Shown here one piece after another: positions 36,572-39,527 of a stretch of DNA of 39,527 nt (positions are counted from its first letter, which is position 1; every line of letters starts with the position of its first letter). A program made the translations under genes and the position numbers. The notes under the pieces are model-generated. The model saw only the letters and a list, made by a program, of their open reading frames with translations, made no database searches and was not told the DNA's origin. Origin of the DNA: Nitrospirae bacterium MYbin3 (GTDB lineage: Bacteria > Nitrospirota > Thermodesulfovibrionia > Thermodesulfovibrionales > Dissulfurispiraceae); NCBI GenBank assembly GCA_002753335.1, contig PEAD01000008.1, forward strand, positions 62,001-101,527, in the 5' to 3' direction.

Positions 36572-36634
36572 CTATCAACGGCGAAAAGCCGCGAAAGGAG
36601 AGCAGAGGCTGAACATGGCTGCTGCTTAAAAATT

Positions 36635-38464
36635 ATGTGTGGAATTATAGGCTACATAGGAAACAGAAACGCAATTCCAATAGTAATTGACGGTCTGAAG
36701 AGACTCGAGTACCGCGGATACGATTCTGCCGGCATCGCATATTTTGATTCAGGCATTCTTGAAGTCAAGCGCTGCAAAGGCAAGATACGTGAACTCGAAA
36801 CAATTATGGATGGGGCTCACGTATCAAGCACCGTTGCCATGGGCCACACCAGATGGGCCACACACGGAAAACCTTCTGATGAGAATGCCCACCCGCATCG
36901 CTCGGGCAGAATAGTTGTCGTGCATAATGGCATTATCGAAAACTATGTTGAACTGAAGCACACCCTTCAGTCAGAAGGATATGTTTTTACATCCGAAACC
37001 GATACCGAAGTTCTGTGCCATCTTATAAACAAACATATAAAAACCACTGATACGCTGGAAGATGCGGTGCGCCATACACTTAAAGAGATTAAAGGCGCCT
37101 ACGCCTTTGCGGTTGTTGATGAGAAGGAGCAGGATAAAGTTATTGTTGTGAGAAAAGAGAGCCCTCTTGTTATCGGGCTTGGAGACAATGAATTCTTTTT
37201 TGCCTCGGATGTGCCAGCATTTCTGAGCCACTCCAGAGAGGTTATATTTCTCGACAATCATGAAATGGCCCTACTGCACAGAGACGGAGTAATAATTACC
37301 GACTTCGAGGGAAATCCTCTAAAGAAGAATGTGGTTACCATCTCTTGGAACCCATCTATGGCAGAAAAAGGCGGCTACCGCCATTTTATGCTCAAAGAAA
37401 TTTTCGAACAGCCGCGCGCTGTTGCAGATACAATAAGGGGTCGAGCTTACGCCGAAAATGGTGAGATTGCGCTGGATGAATTTGGGTTAACCGCCGACGT
37501 CATTAAATCAATAGAAAAGATTTTTATAGTTGCCTGCGGCACATCGTATCATTCCGGGCTTGCCGGAAAATATATGATAGAAACCCTTGCCAAGGTGCCG
37601 GTAGAGGTTGATATAGCATCAGAGTTTCGTTATCGAGAGCCGATTGTGGGCAAAAACAGCCTGTTTATCGCTATAACACAATCGGGAGAAACTGCCGATA
37701 CACTTGCTGCGCTTAGAGAGGCTAAGGCTCTTGGAGCAAAGACCTTAAGCATTTGCAATGTTATAGGCAGCACAGCTTCTAGAGATTCTGATTTTGTTTT
37801 TTATACACATTCAGGACCAGAAATTGGGGTTGCCTCTACAAAGGCCTTTACAACACAGATGGTTTCGCTTTACATGCTGGCAATCGCATTTGGAAAAATA
37901 AATGGTGTGCTTGCTGGCGACAAAGCCGAAAAGCTTATAGATGATCTTCTTCATCTTCCTGCAAAGATCGAACAGGCGATAGATCTTGACGCCGAAATTA
38001 CCCTTATCGCCAAAGATCTTTTCAAGGCAAAAGATTTTCTTTACTTGGGCCGTGGAATTAATTATCCAATAGCCCTTGAAGGTGCGTTAAAGCTCAAAGA
38101 AATATCATACATTCATGCCGAAGGATACGCTGCAGGAGAGATGAAGCACGGCCCTATCGCCTTGATAGATGAGGATGTGCCGGTTGTTGTGATCGCGCCT
38201 TCAGGCAAACTTAACGAAAAGGTGCTGTCCAATATGGAAGAGGTTAAAAGTCGCGGCGGAATACTCGTTTCTGTGACAACCAATGACTGCAAACCAGCGC
38301 AGCAGATGTCCCGCTATTCAATAGCGGTGCAGAGTTCAAACGAATTCCTGACTCCGGTTATTATGACTATTCCGCTTCAGCTTCTCGCTTATCATATTGC
38401 GGTGCTGAGGGGCTGCGATGTTGATCAACCTAGAAATTTAGCAAAAAGCGTTACGGTCGAATAG
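36635..38464 (+). CDS. glmS: Glutamine-fructose-6-phosphate transaminase
   Basis: MCGIIG, LEYRGYDSAG, GHTRWATHG, QSGETADT, C-terminal DQPRNLAKSVTVE. Confidence 0.98.
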   Translation: MCGIIGYIGNRNAIPIVIDGLKRLEYRGYDSAGIAYFDSGILEVKRCKGKIRELETIMDGAHVSSTVAMGHTRWATHGKPSDENAHPHRSGRIVVVHNGIIENYVELKHTLQSEGYVFTSETDTEVLCHLINKHIKTTDTLEDAVRHTLKEIKGAYAFAVVDEKEQDKVIVVRKESPLVIGLGDNEFFFASDVPAFLSHSREVIFLDNHEMALLHRDGVIITDFEGNPLKKNVVTISWNPSMAEKGGYRHFMLKEIFEQPRAVADTIRGRAYAENGEIALDEFGLTADVIKSIEKIFIVACGTSYHSGLAGKYMIETLAKVPVEVDIASEFRYREPIVGKNSLFIAITQSGETADTLAALREAKALGAKTLSICNVIGSTASRDSDFVFYTHSGPEIGVASTKAFTTQMVSLYMLAIAFGKINGVLAGDKAEKLIDDLLHLPAKIEQAIDLDAEITLIAKDLFKAKDFLYLGRGINYPIALEGALKLKEISYIHAEGYAAGEMKHGPIALIDEDVPVVVIAPSGKLNEKVLSNMEEVKSRGGILVSVTTNDCKPAQQMSRYSIAVQSSNEFLTPVIMTIPLQLLAYHIAVLRGCDVDQPRNLAKSVTVE

Positions 38465-38479
38465 CTAAATCAGTCTGAT

Positions 38480-39391
38480 TTATTCGTCATTCCTGCCTAG
38501 GGCATTGCCTCTGCCATTGCGGCAAAATGAAGGCGCAGGCGCTCTTTCTGCAGCATAAATTGCGCATAACGCTTCCTTGGTAATTATGCCTGGATCACCC
38601 TTGTCGCCTTTGTCACCCTTAGGTCCCTGTGCTCCGGTATCACCCTTGGGGCCTTGTGCGCCAGTCAGGCCTTGCGGCCCGGCTGGACCAGTGGCTCCTG
38701 CAACACCCTGTATCCCTTGCGGACCAATTCCACCTGTATCGCCTTTGTCACCCTTGGGTCCCTGTGGCCCTGTTTCGCCTTGTGATCCTGCAACGCCCTG
38801 AGCTCCTGTATCTCCTTTGTCTCCCTTAATTCCGGGCAGTCCGATAGGCCCCTCTGGACCAGCTGGTCCTTGCGGTCCAGTTGCACCGGTATCTCCCTTT
38901 GGACCCGGCAAACCAACAGGTCCTTGTATTCCGGGCAATCCCTGCGGTCCCGGTATGCCTTGCGGTCCTGCTGGCCCTGTATCACCTTTGGGGCCAGGCA
39001 CATCACTTGTTGCGCTCCACAAAGCATAGGGTACAACGCCTAACTTGTCTCTTGTTCCAATAACCTTACCATTTGCCTTAACCTCTACCCAAAGCTGCTG
39101 CGAAAAATAAGCTGGATTTAGAGGAATAGTGTCTCCAAGGAATGTTAAAACGTCATACGTAAAAATATCCAAAAGAATAAATTTGTTCTCATACCATACT
39201 TGTCTCCCACCGGTTGCAGCATCCCACAAGCTAAACTCAAATAGTACTTTTTGCGGTGTTTGTGTTGAGACTAAAGGATCTGTCCAAGCTTTCTGATACC
39301 AAAGCTTTTGTTCCGTTGTTCCAGCGGTAGCTCCTGTGGTCATGATGCAGAGAAGCAGCACAATAGACAAGTATATAAATATTTTTTTCAT
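38480..39391 (-). CDS. Secreted collagen-like protein
   Basis: SD GGAGG, signal peptide [23 protein letters not shown], globular N-domain, 46 uninterrupted G-X-Y triplets, short two-Cys C-terminus. Confidence 0.9.
   Translation of the reverse strand: MKKIFIYLSIVLLLCIMTTGATAGTTEQKLWYQKAWTDPLVSTQTPQKVLFEFSLWDAATGGRQVWYENKFILLDIFTYDVLTFLGDTIPLNPAYFSQQLWVEVKANGKVIGTRDKLGVVPYALWSATSDVPGPKGDTGPAGPQGIPGPQGLPGIQGPVGLPGPKGDTGATGPQGPAGPEGPIGLPGIKGDKGDTGAQGVAGSQGETGPQGPKGDKGDTGGIGPQGIQGVAGATGPAGPQGLTGAQGPKGDTGAQGPKGDKGDKGDPGIITKEALCAIYAAERAPAPSFCRNGRGNALGRNDE
38582..38995 (-). repeat. Collagen (Gly-X-Y)46 coding repeat
   Basis: Counted by hand from GPK to GII with no interruption. Confidence 0.9.
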
Positions 39392-39527
39392 TAATCCTCC
39401 CTGGTAGACTAAACGTATTGTCAAAAGTTCTAAGGCTAAAAGCTTTCAAACCCTTGTCCAGTAATGCATTGCTTTAAATAAACTTGCCTCCCCCTGATTT
39501 CAGGGTTAAAGTAGTAGCTCTACCAAC

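Noticed and set aside
36572..36634. glmS ribozyme
   Set aside because: The 63-nt spacer is too short and lacks the conserved core sequence.
38465..38520. Tn7 insertion downstream of glmS
   Set aside because: No TGT-initiated end or TnsB-site repeats; the collagen ORF runs intact through the expected insertion point.
39440..39527. tRNA-like GTTGGTAGAGC at the window edge (minus strand) and a CCCTGA/TCAGGG hairpin
   Set aside because: No proper anticodon arm or TTCGA T-loop follows; truncated by the window edge, so no RNA gene can be supported.

Overview
A gene-dense, mostly housekeeping bacterial chromosome segment. The gene content (LptCAB, RpoN, SelA, futalosine-pathway MqnA/MqnB, DapL, a heme-c sensor) suggests an anaerobic diderm such as Nitrospirota/Thermodesulfovibrionia or a deltaproteobacterium-like lineage; this is inference. 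In order: a partial CxxCH/PAS/GAF sensor missed by the ORF track; rtcB-mqnA; TPR-pgsA-DUF512-aroE; lptCAB-rpoN-hpf-rapZ-cysteine desulfurase-class A beta-lactamase-like; aminotransferase-serA-purA; selA; a HAMP kinase/sigma54 activator pair; two small secreted proteins; dapL-folK-yjbQ-MinD/FlhG-like; an orphan PilB/GspE ATPase with four MshEN-like motifs; two unannotated convergent microproteins; an RHH-MazF toxin-antitoxin pair heading an ABC-2 exporter; osmC-mqnB-yebC-DUF502-glmU-glmS; and a secreted collagen-like protein. The most interesting non-obvious structure is: (1) a complete sigma54 circuit readable from sequence, with paired TCC-N8-GGA sites inside the activator's own 3' end and a consensus -24/-12 promoter in front of a secreted A/K/E/D/P-only protein; (2) a 52-aa four-Cys protein and a 28-aa Lys-rich peptide sharing a terminator; (3) three apparently leaderless genes; (4) a sigma54 site abutting the sigma70 promoter of the rpoN operon. 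No rRNA, tRNA, CRISPR array or transposase was seen.
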